Origin: Tubiluchus corallicola
Taxonomy: Eukaryota; Animalia; Priapulida
NCBI GenBank assembly: GCA_030141605.1
Contig: JAQGDQ010000488.1
Location: forward strand, 1 to 64,000
Direction: 5' to 3'
DNA: 64,000 bases
In this document: positions 38,120-51,400 of the stretch, one piece after another
Position numbering within the stretch: position 1 is the first letter of the stretch
How the letters are laid out: each line of letters starts with the position of its first letter
Notes under the pieces: model-generated
Databases searched by the model: none
The model's input: the letters and a program-made list of their open reading frames with translations, nothing else
What the model was told of the DNA's origin: nothing
Program-made: the position numbers and the translations under genes

Positions 38120-39639
38120 CCGTTAGATTTCCCTCTGCACGTTTTTCTCAACTATCGTTACGCAGAACATTATCCTACCTCTTGCGATTATTGTTGACCT
38201 CAGAAAAAAGTGTTAAATTGATGTTTGACAACTATAAGTTGAGTAAAATTATTAAGTCTGTAGTATAGTGGTAGTACGTGTGTGAGCTGTGTGTAGCTGT
38301 TTATGAACGTTTGAGTAATGGCAAAGCTATCAAGACTTTGTTTGCGAAATAACACTTTTATTAAATAACATCACTATAAATATAATAAATGTATAGCAAT
38401 GCCAAGGCCCCTGATCTACAAGAGACGTCCTGTGCGTGAGTGAGGGGTGTGACCAAGCTCCCCTGCTAGCTGGTGTCACGACCTATATATCAGCTGCTTG
38501 CGCAGTCTAACAAGTGGGTCAACTCTTCGCCCACGTCGTCACGTGACACCACTCCTTAAGATTTATTAAGGCTTATTTGGCTTGGCTTCATGAATAATCT
38601 TCTTGGCATAATTATTTGACATTTAGCATATTTTAACAGATTCTCTTTACTAGTTGTAACAACATTGGTTCTTGGTTCTGGTACAAATAAACGGCCACCT
38701 CCAATTTATGAAACCGAAGTTTTACAAGCACCCAGTTATATAGCGACATGATTTATTTCAGCAAATGCCGTTTCAACATCAAAGCAAGATGTCAGAATTC
38801 GAGAAGCCACCTGTATGAATGAACGATTCAGCTACAATACAGAACAATTTTAAAACAACTATGAAAATGTAAACAAAATTATGCATACTTTGTTAAAATT
38901 CTGATGTTCATTTTTCAGTTTTTTGATAACTCTCGTGCGCTAGCACTGCTCTGTTTGTTTTACTTACATTTTAATAATAAACCCTTTCACAGTTTCAGTG
39001 GTTGATGATGACCGTGTAAAGGTCAAAGGTTAAGAGTAGCAGACAATGCATGTGTGTACACTTGACAACGCCTCACAGCCCAAGCTATTATAATACTAAC
39101 AGTTTTAACAGCTAGCTATAACCTAACTAAGATCATTTTTTTCTTGTTCCCAAGCAAGATCCTGCTAGTAAATCACTCTAGCCGCAGACTAATGTATAAT
39201 TAAGTAATGACCACGTATAAAACAGTTACTGAACTGATGCGGCAGACGGCTTTACTTTACCTACATATCACGTTACGGTTGCAGTTAAGACGCGTTGCTG
39301 TGGTACACTTAACCTTTGACCCACATCAACTGCGCGTGCGCACAACTAAATCGTGAAAAGCCTTACTGGAGTAAAATTCGCCCATTAAATTTTACTGTTA
39401 TTCTGTATTGTAAATGCGTCTTTCATTACGACACTCCGGCCTGCATGTGTATAATTATACCCAACACATTTCTACTTTAAAAACCAACAAAGTAAGATTA
39501 TACAACCTCGATGATTTCCTCCAACCGCTAAAACATGACTGGTTGCTATCAAATTGCAACTCCAAATCTAAAAAAGAGAGTAAAGAGAATCTGTAAAATA
39601 TGTTAATTATCTGATAATTAATAGCTTGATAGTTAAATA

Positions 39640-39967
39640 TGTTACACGCCTAGGAAGCCAGACTTACGAACACGGGATTAAGGTGCGGCGGTCACGTGAC
39701 TGCCTCTCCACTAGATTCACAAATACGGAAGTGCCCATTCTGGACAGGCTGCGCAGCCAGCCTGGCGCCAGTGCGGAAGCCATGGGCTGGAGGAGTCTAC
39801 TAAGAGATCAGATCAGACTAGGATCTCAAGGAGGAAGGTTAGAGATACAGATCAGGGGGCTTGGCATTGCTATGATATATGTACACTTATGTATTATGAT
39901 GTTGTGAAATAAACGTGAAATCGACACAGATCTTATAGCTTTGTCATCACCTAAATGCCCATAAACA
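39640..39967 (+). mobile_element. Possible solo LTR
   Basis: TGTTAC...AAACA boundaries, GC-richer body, AATAAA at ~39908; no convincing TSD. Confidence 0.3.
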
Positions 39968-40413
39968 GCTACTGTCATTTACCAACGTACTACCACTATA
40001 CAAACCAAGCATATTAATTTTACTAAGAGAAAGCGTTAAACCCGATTTGCTTCAGCACAAAAGACTATTATACTTTACTGTACTGTACTTTCTGTAATAA
40101 TTCATTACTTCACTGAAACAACAATCGTGGCATGATAGTCTGAACTGCATGTTAGATGTTTATTTGTGGTAATACACCATAGTGAGTTGACAATATGGGT
40201 AAGTGAATGACTTTTTGGAAGTGATGTGTATTTCTCGACCAAAGATAAGCATCAATAGGTGTGGCCAGTAAAAGGATACGTGGCTGCAGTGTTCAATAGT
40301 AGTCAGTTATTTTCTGGGAAGTTTAACCAACCTTGTCTATGAATTATGAACTATGAATTTTATTTCACACATCAGAAAATACAATATCAAACACATTAAT
40401 AAATTTTAAATAA

Positions 40414-40693
40414 AATAATTTGAGTAGTGCGAGGTGAGTGTACGACCATACGGTCATTAACACACTCACCTTACTTAAATGAAAAAATGATTATAGTTAT
40501 GCATGCTTCTGTAGGTAACTTAATGTAAATAAGGATGAAGTAAATGATGTAATAATTTGAGTAGTGTGAGGTGAGTGTACGACCATACGGTCATCAACAC
40601 ACTCACCTTACTTAAATGAAAAAATGATTATAGTTATGCATGCTTCTGTAGGTAACTTAATGTAAATAAGAATGAAGTAAATGATCTAATAAT
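40414..40693. repeat. Tandem duplication (~137 bp x2) containing a stem-loop
   Basis: aggtgagtgt-acgaccatacggtc...-acactcacct hairpin is present in both units. Confidence 0.85.
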
Positions 40694-41798
40694 AGCAATG
40701 GTATAAGAGCAATAAACTTGAAAGTTGAGAAAGGAAAACATAATATGTAATTACGTGCTGTTAAAATTTACGACAAAGTGCCCTACGTGTTCATCATTTT
40801 CAATGCGCTAAGTGTTTCTTTTCAACAACCGACGAACTTTCTCACTTCTGTAAAGGGTATTTGGTCCCAGCACTCAACAACTTTTGTCCCAGATGCCGTA
40901 ATACAAAGGATAAACTCTCATTTTAATTGATAACAAATTTTTATCAGTCCTTCATCTTTAGTTTAAACAATTTATTTAGGATTGGATGAGACAGTTTGCA
41001 CAACATGATTTAGGATCCTCACCACAACAGACTTTATACACTATTTACAAGAACATTTACAGTAAGAATAGACTATACTTAGTTTTTAGTATACTTTAGT
41101 ATACTAAAGTTTTACTACAGTGATGCGTTAGACGTTAGTAGAAAATGACGGTTAGTAAATATTAATGTACGATTATTTAAGAATGATTCATTTTATATCA
41201 GATAGAAACTACTGGAAGCGTTTAGTACATAATATAAAGTCATGTATGCATTGGAATATTTTACAGTTAGTAACATAGTTAAATTCATCTTTTCCGAACA
41301 ATAACAACTTCAACAGATCATTAGTTCCTAAGACAGCTATATTAAGGTTTTCGGGCAGAAGTATTGCATTTAATTCATCTTTTTGATACAGGCCGTGATT
41401 TTGCTGCCACGTGTTGAGTGCATTATACCACCACGAGGATCTTTTTCAATGATTGATGATTAGTTAAAATTGTTCCGGTATTTACATGTTTAAATTGTAA
41501 AACCTTTCCGGTCATAACGTAAACACTGCTAAAGCTATAAACATGCAACTTTCTCGGCCAAAAACCATAGTACTGTAACATCACTCTTTATTTGCAGTGG
41601 AAAAATCTGGAAGGAAATAATCTTTTGAAATTGCAACAGAGAATGGAGCACAAGCAATTTGATGCAGCTTTTCAACCACATTAGCATCGCCGTCATCAGA
41701 CTCTGCGTTTTTTTCAAATTCATTCCGCAGCCTCCCAGCCTCAGCCAGACACTGTATTGTACACTAACTCTTTGTATTGTAAATATTTCCTAATTTTG

Positions 41799-42245
41799 CC
41801 TTACCTTACCTTACCTTACCTTACCTTACCTTACCTTACCTTATCTTATCTTACCTTGCTTTATCTTACCTTACCTTACCTTACCGTACCTCCCCTTACC
41901 TTGCTTTATCTTACCTTATCTTACCTTACCTTACCTTACCTTACCTTACCTTACCTTACCTTACCTTACCTTACCTTATCTTACCTCACCTCACCTTACC
42001 TTATCTTACCTTACCTTGCCTTACCTTACCTTACCTTACCTTACCTTACCTTACCTTATCTTACCTTTCCTCGCCTTACCTTACCTTACCTAGCCTTACC
42101 TTTCCTTACCTTACCTTACCTTATCTTGCCTTCCCTTACCTTACCTTACCTTACCTTACCTTACCTTACCTTACCTTACCTGATCTTACCTCACCTCACC
42201 TCACCTCACCTCATATCATCTCACCTTACCTCACTTTACTTCACC
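41799..42245. repeat. (CCTTA)n pentanucleotide microsatellite
   Basis: Seen directly; decays to CCTCA at the right end. Confidence 0.97.
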
Positions 42246-45229
42246 TCAACACATCTCACATTAGCTCGGATCGTTATTTCGCTTCAGAACCTAACATTTT
42301 GAAATTCACTTGCAATGATGAACAAGTTAAGTAAGTTCTGTGCGAGCAATGTCTAGAAGCTCTCAAACATGGCTGCCAAGTGTGTAATTGTCACGATAAT
42401 ATTTGCTACTTTCTTGACCAAAAATTGTCTAGTGTCTAATTTCACGATGATATTTGACACTTTTGACGAAAAATTATGCTACTACATTGTAACTCACCTG
42501 AGAAAGCAACAAAAGCTAAATTAAAAAAAAATAATTCTGGTCCTTGCGCAGATTTTTTCGTTTCTGACAGAACGTCTTTATTTGCATTTGATGCTAACTT
42601 ACCCAAAATAGAATTGAGCTCCTCATACTGGACTGTTTTCAATGGAATATCCACTCTCTACTGTTTTTGCTTCTCTCTATAGTCAAGAGGAAATGAACTG
42701 TGTGCAGGTCGTCCTTAGTCAGTTTGACAAATGTCGTTTGGTAAAGTCAACAGTTATGTTGCCTATTATTGCCATAACAAGTTCTTGAGCGAATTTATCA
42801 TGTATCGCATTTATCACATTTGTCATGTGGAAAATTATTCGTCCGTTTTTTGTCATCGCTAGTTTCCTGGATTCGTGGACAGAATACGAAAAACAGCTGT
42901 AGACGTATTTTTACTAGACGATCTACACACGGTGTAACGAAAATTGTAGAAGGCATGAGTAAGTAAGTAAGAAAGTAAAAAATTTATTTGTCTCCGAATG
43001 TTACAAAATAAACATAAACAAAAGGTAAAAACTAAAGTAAAGACGGAAATGAGACGGGGTGGCGAAAAGACCAAGAGTCACCAAGTCAACCACCCCTATC
43101 CAAACTGAAGAAAATTAAGTGACCTGTCAAGTAAGGTTTGTACAAATGAAAATAATCAGCAACTTAATAAAATAAAAATAAATGAGGCAACAAGTTCAAA
43201 TGAGTTTAAATTTAGAAACAGTAAATAAGTTTGGCTATTCATCTGGATAAATTTAAATTAGCAAACAAAACGGAAAATTTAAACTCATCAAAAACAAAAC
43301 TAATAATTACATATAAATCAAGAACTCAAACCAACATTAGAAGCAAAAAAATGAAGCAATGTCAAGTCGTGAGTAAATCGAAATTATATAAACCTGACAA
43401 GTACAGACAAGGAAAATTATAATAATCAACATATAAAAAATAAAAAGCAAAAAAAGGAAATAATGATGAATAACTAGGGAGATATTAGTATAACGGATTC
43501 AGATGAGTTTATAAATAAGTGGCAACATAAATCAATGAATAGCAAATGGTATGAAACAATGTAAAAAAAACTAAAGCAATACCGAAGTGCGTCAATTGCA
43601 GATACATTGAACAAATTATAGCTCCAGGAAAAATAACTAAAGTGGGTCAGCGATAAACAACAAGAATAATGCTGAATGTTTTTTTCTTAGACTATGTGAA
43701 TATTCAGTGAAATAGATGTCGAACCGAAAGATAACTAAGAGATAAATTCGAAACTAAGAATACAATTTTTTTTCCTAAATCCATTAATTAACTGAATAGT
43801 TGCCGATTAAATAGAGGCGAAATTTTTTGTCTGGAGTGTGCAATGTTTGGCAAGCTAAAATTTCATGTGGGAGACTAATGAATTCATACTGTATATTACA
43901 ATAGTATTGGTTATTTAATACTTATTTTAGATTTAAATCAATGCATAAAGTACTACATAACAATAAATAAGTGATACAGATTATAAAACAATATACACAA
44001 GATAAAAAACTGCACAAGAGGAACAGAGGTTAGTTTACATAAAAAATGAAGCGGTTAGTAATGAATTCCAATATTGGAAGTTCAATGACTTATATCGAAT
44101 ACCTGTATCAGTTATGCTAGATAAAATCACATTACTGCTACTTGAAATTCTGTTTGTTAGGCTAAAAACACATTTGCGCAATAAGACCTAAAAATAATCA
44201 GTAACACTGTTTGTACAAATTATTGACGCATGCGTACCGTATTCATAATAAAAAAATCGGAGGGCAATATTGTACGAAGCGCGAAGTTTTGTAAGATTGC
44301 TATACAATAGCTATAGTTTACTGCAGCAAACAGTAGAGCGTACCATATATTTATACATAAATGTATAAATTATTAAAACACTACTTTTATGAAAAACTTT
44401 AATTTACAACTGTTTAAAAATATGTCCAAACGTTTCGACGGCAATTAGCCTACAATATAGAAAATTATGCACTAATTGTGTATTTACAAAAAAGCCAAAG
44501 CGAGTAAGTAAGTCATTTATTTATCACCTTTTGCACTAAATACAGGACATATAACAACAACATAATTTAGTAGACAATATATTTTACAAACTGTATAAAA
44601 AAGATCAAGCAACTTATGACCAATAATAGACCTCTAAAGTAATGAATAAAGAGACCTGTAGAAAATAAATAAATACAGCAACAGATGACTAAGTGTTTAC
44701 AGATAAAGATAATGGAACTGCTTCTTAAGTTCCCCCAAACCAAGTTTAACCAACTGTAGTAATGAAAACGAGCAGACTTAATTACCAACCCAAAAATATT
44801 CTGCGTTGTTGTCAACTGAGCGTCTCTCTTAACCCCCGGGTACATAATGTAACAGCTCAGCAGTATTGTCAGCCCTCAATAGGTACCAAGCAATGGGTGA
44901 ACATTGACCGTATTAGTTAGTTGGTTAGTGACCGAATTCGACCTGCAGGCCTTCGTGTACTATTGCAAGTGTCGATGGCAGCCGTGTTGTTGTTATACAC
45001 GGGTAGAAAGCTTGCAAAAACTCACAGTTTAACCCCATGCATTTTTCCAAATGTGCTTGTGCCAAAAAAGGAAATAAACGTAACTTGATCAAACTCGTTA
45101 ATAAAAGTCGTATAACCTGTTAAAACATTTAAATGCTTGTTATAGCTTTTGCGGCATTTGCAATTACAAATTTATTTATTAATTATTAGGCACAAAAACA
45201 AATATATTCATTTTATTAGTTTTAGATTT

Positions 45230-47500
45230 AGGTTAGATTAGATTTAGATTTATTTATTCATCCATTTAGCACATACAAAACTAAAAGTTATAAATTACAA
45301 ACTAACAATGCATTACAGAGCGTAGCAGAGAAACTAACTTATGAGCTATTCTCAACATGGATAAGTCTAAATTAATGACATAAACAACAACTAAAAAATA
45401 TGTTAAATGAAGCGAAGGAAACAGATGCGAGAAAATGATAATGGTGATATTAATGCTGGTGAATGACAATGGTGATGGTGATGATAATGATAATGAATTG
45501 ATGCTAATGGTGATAATGGGTCATGTTCGATGATGTAAACCAAGTTAGCCATTTTTGCAGTGTGTTACGAAAATTGTGTTAAAATGTTGAACTATATAAA
45601 AAATATAAAGATGTGTTATTTTCAATTACAGAAATTGACTTATTAGGTCCATAGGACTCAAGAATTGATTTCTTAAGTTTACGTTTGAATATATGTTCTG
45701 ATTTAGCATTTTTTAGTTCTAGGCAAAGTTTATTCCATAGTAAAGGCCCTGTGAATGTTAAATGATGTCTGGCTGTGTTTATTCTGCAGTACTGCACTTT
45801 AAATTCATTTGACCTAGTACTACGAAACTTAACATTTAATTGAAATGGATTATTAAAAAATTGGATGTAATTTTTTAACTGTTTTATACATATATATACA
45901 TACGAGGTCAGAGTATTAAAATCTGTGCTGTTGGATAGTAAAATGATGGAACCAGCCAGTTTGAAAGCTGTTGATGTGTCATTAGAATTGCATCCGCAGG
46001 TAATTCGTTCCACAAGCACGGAAATGTGTTATAAAAGAAGGCACGCAGACAGGTCATTCTATTTTTGTTTAAAAGCATTCGACTATACATATGCTTGAGC
46101 TTGAAAATGTCCACTGGCTATCTAATTGGTGACGGAAGAAACCGTGAATTGCCTTATATCCAAATACAAGAGAGGATAGGTCCCTTTTGTGTTTGAGACT
46201 CATAATTTTGAGAGTTTGCAGGTGATTGTTGTAGTCAGTCAAGGTCTACGGTCTAGGAAGCACATGTAGCGTGTTGCCTTTACAGGCTGTACAGATTATA
46301 TTTTATGAATGCCACAGACAGTGTGGGGCGCTCAAACAAGGGCACTGTACTCCAGAATTGCTCGAACCATTAAATAATGTAATAGTCTGAAGTTTTCAGA
46401 ATCTAAACACGAACCCAAGCAGGCTCCTTGCTTGACTGCAGACATTGGATATGTGAAAGTTGCAGGTAAGGTTGTTTGACAGATATACTCCAAGTTGTTT
46501 ATAAGTTTGCACTTCCTTGATAACCTCACCATCAATAGTATAGTTACTGACATCAGGACCACAGTCTCTAGTTGTAATCATGAGCTCAGTTTTTGAGGCA
46601 TTAAGAGCTTGCTTGTTTGCTGTACACCTGTCGTGAACATTAAGAAGATCTGTCTGCAAAGAACATTCATCCTCAGAGCTCCTAATAACTTCATATAGAA
46701 TTGTATCATCAGCATATTGGTATAAATGCCTTTCGTACAAAATAACTTCTGACAAGTCATTAGCATACAAAACAAACAAAAGTGGGCTAAGAAGAGACTC
46801 TCTGGGCACACCGGAAGTAATAGGTACCCTGTTAGACTTACAGCCTTGATAAACAACCTGCTGATGTCTGTTATACAAAAAACTCGCAATCCATTTATGA
46901 ACATTACCACAATTGCCAAACGATCTTAATAGATCGAGCATTTTTTGTGCGAGATTGTGTCGAATGCCAGGTGATATCCAGAAAGATGGCATTGGTACAA
47001 GGTTGACTAGCAAAATCCAGGGACCTGCACCAATGATCTTCCAACAAGGAAAGTTGAACTTCACAGTTTCATCCTTTTAGGAAGCTAAATGAGTATTACT
47101 AATAATGCCAGCTGCATTTAAATAGTCATTTATGCCATTTACAACTACCTTTCCAATACCTTATCAATTGCACTAGTGACAGAGATGGCCAATAGCTGTC
47201 AAACAAACTAGAGTCCTTCCCACCTCCTTTATTATTGGAGTGACATTTGCTTCTTTCCAGATTTTGGGAAGGCGTCCAAGTGATAGCAATTCATTAAACA
47301 GCCTATAAAGGGGTGCAGCAAGGCTAGGTGCTCTGTCTTTGAAGATTCTATTTGGATAAATTACCAAAATACCTTAGGATCAGTCTGTGACTAGTGTAAA
47401 TGCACTAGTACATTTAAATGCTGTGAGCTGACTTGTTGATCTTCTGTTTAAGTAAGCAACTAAATCTATGAAGTCTAAGCATGTCATCTTAATCATTAAG
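45230..47500 (-). mobile_element. CR1/L2-type LINE relics: RT-containing 45910-47500, plus the 3' end of a second element 45230-45905
   Basis: LPKIWKEANVTPIIK, SGVPRESLLSPLLFVLYAND, YADDT, VRAILEYSALV, PCLWNELP; second element FTGPLLWNKL...FKRKLK with a (TCTAAA)n-like tail. Confidence 0.88.
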
Positions 47501-48390
47501 ATACATTCATCATCTTAAGCATGTGAGATACACGTCTAAAATTTGACCTTTTTGTACATAATTTGGAGAGCTCACTAGAAACCCAATGATAATGCTTTGA
47601 CTTATCATGGACAGTCTTAGAAGCCACTGCTTCATGCAAACAAGCATTAAACAAATCAATCCATCGACCCTAAATCTAGTCAAAATTTGTGTTATTCACA
47701 TACCAAAAATCCCACATAACAAATGTCCTGATAACGTAGCAATGCACATCAGACTGAACCGTCACTAACACCGAACACGAGAGCATCATTAATCAGTATT
47801 CAAAAGACAAACTTGTGAGGCATGTGTTAGATGATATCAAGTTCAAATCTAATCTCCTCAACTTTCTGATAATATGCCATAATACTGTAGGCTGTGAGAA
47901 ACATACGAGGCTTCCACATTAGAATAATTAAGGACGGCTAGATTCTTAACTGATTGCAATTTGTCAACGTTTAAGCAATTCTTTATAATTATTGGTGCAA
48001 TATATTAATACTGTTTTTGTTCTATACTGTTATTCGTTGTGCTTGTGTCTCTCACTCTGTGTATAGCGAACAGTTGACTTTGCGATCAGAATCACATGCG
48101 ATGTCAGAAAATCTCAGAATTGTCTGCTCATCATCAAAATAGAGAGAGTCGTAACGAATAGCAGAAATCGCAAAACCGCCTTTCTCCGACTATAACTGCA
48201 AATTTAACTTTTTTGCGTAAACACGTGTTGAGTCTGGTTGAGTCACTGACTCACTGTTCGGTAACAAATTACTCACTGGTCAGCGTTAAGCGGTTCCTGA
48301 ATGTTTAGTATTGAAGGTTGATTTAATTATTTTCATGATTATAATATTCTTGTCATTTTTTAACGTTTTGTCGTTTGATACCAGTTAATC

Positions 48391-48459
48391 ATGAGTGAAT
48401 TTATATGGGCTCTAAAGAATGGTGATTTAGAGCAAGTGAAAGATTTTATTGAAGTAAAG
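48391..48459 (+). CDS. MTPN: MTPN exon 1
   Basis: ATG at 48391; WALKNGDL motif; AAG|gtatgt. Confidence 0.93.
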
Positions 48460-51400
48460 GTATGTGTACTCTTTTTTACTTATACGAGTTTCAATAATAA
48501 AATCGCAAATGACGACTGTTAAAGAAGGTTGCGTAATTATTCTGTTCAGTGTGATATATACAGTATTATAGCAAAAATAACTTTATGCTTGCTTGACGTA
48601 TCTATTTGTTCAGAAAAATCAACAGTACCGACTCAGTGTGGTATCACCGTAGACCCTGTGGGCTGTATGTTTATGATAACATGAAATTGAGACGGGTATT
48701 GCGGATTTTTCTAAAGAAAGAGATACTGTACGCGAAGCAAGCTAAAAGTTATTTTTAAACTGTTGTCTGTGCAGGTGACTATTAGTATTACTTATATTAG
48801 TATTACAAGGTGGTTAACTTTGGTAACTTTTAGTTTTTCGCCACCCTTTCACCAATCACTTGAACATCATTAACTCAGATAATTTATTCATTTAATAATC
48901 TTGTCACTTTGTATCATATTATTGTTTCATGCTCTGTGTTTTTCTTGTAAAAAAAGTGATAAATAAATTTACTTACTTACTAGGTGAGCGAACGTAGCTT
49001 AAAGCACTCCCAACAATAAATGTACGGTTGACTCACCTGGCCTAGTAATCTAGAGCTGTGTTTTGTGTTTCATTTGTGTTTTACGCTGTAGAAAATATAT
49101 CATAGGACCACAAGCGTCTGAAGACAATGACCTCGTACATGTATAAATGGTTGACATAAAAGCTTAATAGAAAAGAATTTCCACATAGGCGTATGTGCCG
49201 ATTTTTTCCTGTGACTGGAATGCATCTTCTCGCATTTACATTGTTTCTGGTGTTAGGGATGGATTCTGTTAAATTGACTAACTTTAAATCACATTTTGCT
49301 CAAACATGTTAGTTTTCTAAGTCAGGACTTAATGTAATGCTATTTGACACTGGCTATGAAGTATAATTCTTAATTAGCCCTAGTTCATAATCTATCATCA
49401 CTAGAAGCAAATTTGCTTTTCAGAACGTTAACGTAAGTGACGAAATCAGCGGACGTCCACCTATTCATTACGCGGCTGACTACGGGCAGAGAGACATCAT
49501 AGAATATTTACTGTCCAAGGGCGCTGATGTTAATGTATGTATTCTTTACATATTTTTTCTTTTCATCATCTGTTATCTCTTTTATTGCAGGCATAGCTAC
49601 CATTGTCATCGGGCACAAAGTACTGGTCCTGTAACAGTTGTGTGTGTGTGTGTTCTGGTTTGCTGTTATGTGTGGCATTTGCTGCATCGTATTGTTCGGT
49701 AGTGCGGATTATAAACCAAGCGATACTACAGATATTGCGGATGTTCCTTCACCATGGTTGCCAAAATTGCAGCATCGAGGTCCCGATTATTCTGGCTGTT
49801 GTCGGCTGCGTGTGGATGGTGGTGCAGTGCTATTGTTTCGAACAATGGTTCTGCACATGAGAGGTGACGTAATGGTTAAGCAGCCATTGCAAGACAGCAG
49901 CGGGAATGTTTTGCTGTGGAACGGAGAAATATTTGATGGTTTCTCTGTAGAAGATACGGCGTCTGATACTACAGTTCTCTTCAGTGAGTTACAAAAGTGT
50001 TACACAGATGATGAAGTGCTGGCTATATTTCAAGCGATTCGTGGCCCATGGGCTGTTGTCTATTACCAGGTTATGTCCAAAAAGTTGTGGTATGGAAGAG
50101 ACCGTTTTGGTCGCAGAAGCCTCTTATTTCATTACCCAGTTGATGATGATAGTCATTTTGTGTTAACATCCGTAGCATGTCAACCCAAGCATTCTTCCCA
50201 GACGACATTTGAGGAGTTACCAGCCGATGGTATGTACTGTCTTGATTTGGGTAAGTGTTGTGTAAACGATCGTGCAAGCTTTTTTACTTCTCTGCGCCTC
50301 TTTCCATGGAGCGATGCCAGCCATAATCACCTAGGAGATAATTTGCTGTTAGCAACCGAAATGCCAGCTATATGCCATGTGTTGTTATCACCTGTCGCTG
50401 CACTCAACACTAGAGCACCCGCTGAAGGAGACCTTAGTTATATTGCATCCGTTGTGTCGTCATTGCAGGAACTCAACAGTGGTGACTTGTACGATATCAT
50501 TGATGACGTATTTAGAGAGACTGCTTCACGTTTCATAGATGTTTTATCAGAATCTGTTAGGAAACGTGTGCATCTGTTGAACAGGAACAGAAAAACTGGC
50601 ATTTCGGTGCAGAATGATCAGTCAACTAATTCTGACATTTGCGACGTCCAATTATTACAAAATAAATTTTGCTTCAGATGTCATAATTTGTTAGGTGGAA
50701 AAGAGTTGTGCCCTGCAACAGTTGCAGTGCTATTTTCTGGAGGTATCGACTCCACTGTTATCGCTGTTTTAGCCGATTGCTTTGTTCCCGCAAGTGAACC
50801 AATTGATTTACTAAATGTCGCCTTTGAGCAAGCTTCAAATGTTGATGCACGAAAAAGTGCCGAAACTCGCGACAAGTTTGATGTACCAGATCGCTTAACG
50901 GGCCGTTTGGCAGTGGAAGAACTTCGAGCCATCAGTCCCCGAAGACAGTGGAACTTTATCGAAATAGATGTCACCAAAGAAGAGCTAAAAGAAAAAAGAA
51001 TGTCCGACATAAGCAATTTGGTATATCCTCTACAAACGGTGCTTGATGATAGCATTGGTTGTGCCAGTTGGTTTGCAGCTAGAGGCAAAGCATGTGATGT
51101 TGCAGGTGCATGCTACCATAGCACTGCAAGGGTTGTGTTAGTTGGAATGGGTGCCGACGAGCAGCTAGGTGGGTACTCGCGACATCGAAGCAAGTTTCTC
51201 GATAAAGGTTGGATTGGCTTGATAGATGAAGTGGACATGGAAGTCAAGCGAATTAGTTCTCGGAATCTGGGTCGTGACGACCGAGTCATTTGCGACCATG
51301 CAAAAGAAGCTAGATTTCCATTTTTGGATGAAGATGTTGTTTCGTTCCTTAACCAGCTTCCAATGTGGCATAAGATGATGCTGTCGTTACCACGCGGTTT

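Noticed and set aside
38339-38548. Reverse-strand solo LTR (TG...CA with AATAAA)
   Set aside because: No TSD and no second copy in the window
41757-42302. 181-aa LTLPY ORF or an interstitial telomere
   Set aside because: Translation of (CCTTA)n; the repeat is TAAGG, not telomeric TTAGG or TTAGGG
40700-42900. Possible upstream coding exon of the pentraxin gene, or a separate gene
   Set aside because: Only short interrupted frames with no consistent splice pair or recognisable domain
49638-49667. ORF-track start of ASNSD1 at 49638
   Set aside because: It is a TTG codon; the conserved MCGI start is the ATG at 49668
49591-49860. Stop-codon readthrough of GCA-TAG-CTA into ASNSD1
   Set aside because: Readthrough stays in a different frame (the 49603-49860 ORF) and does not enter ASNSD1
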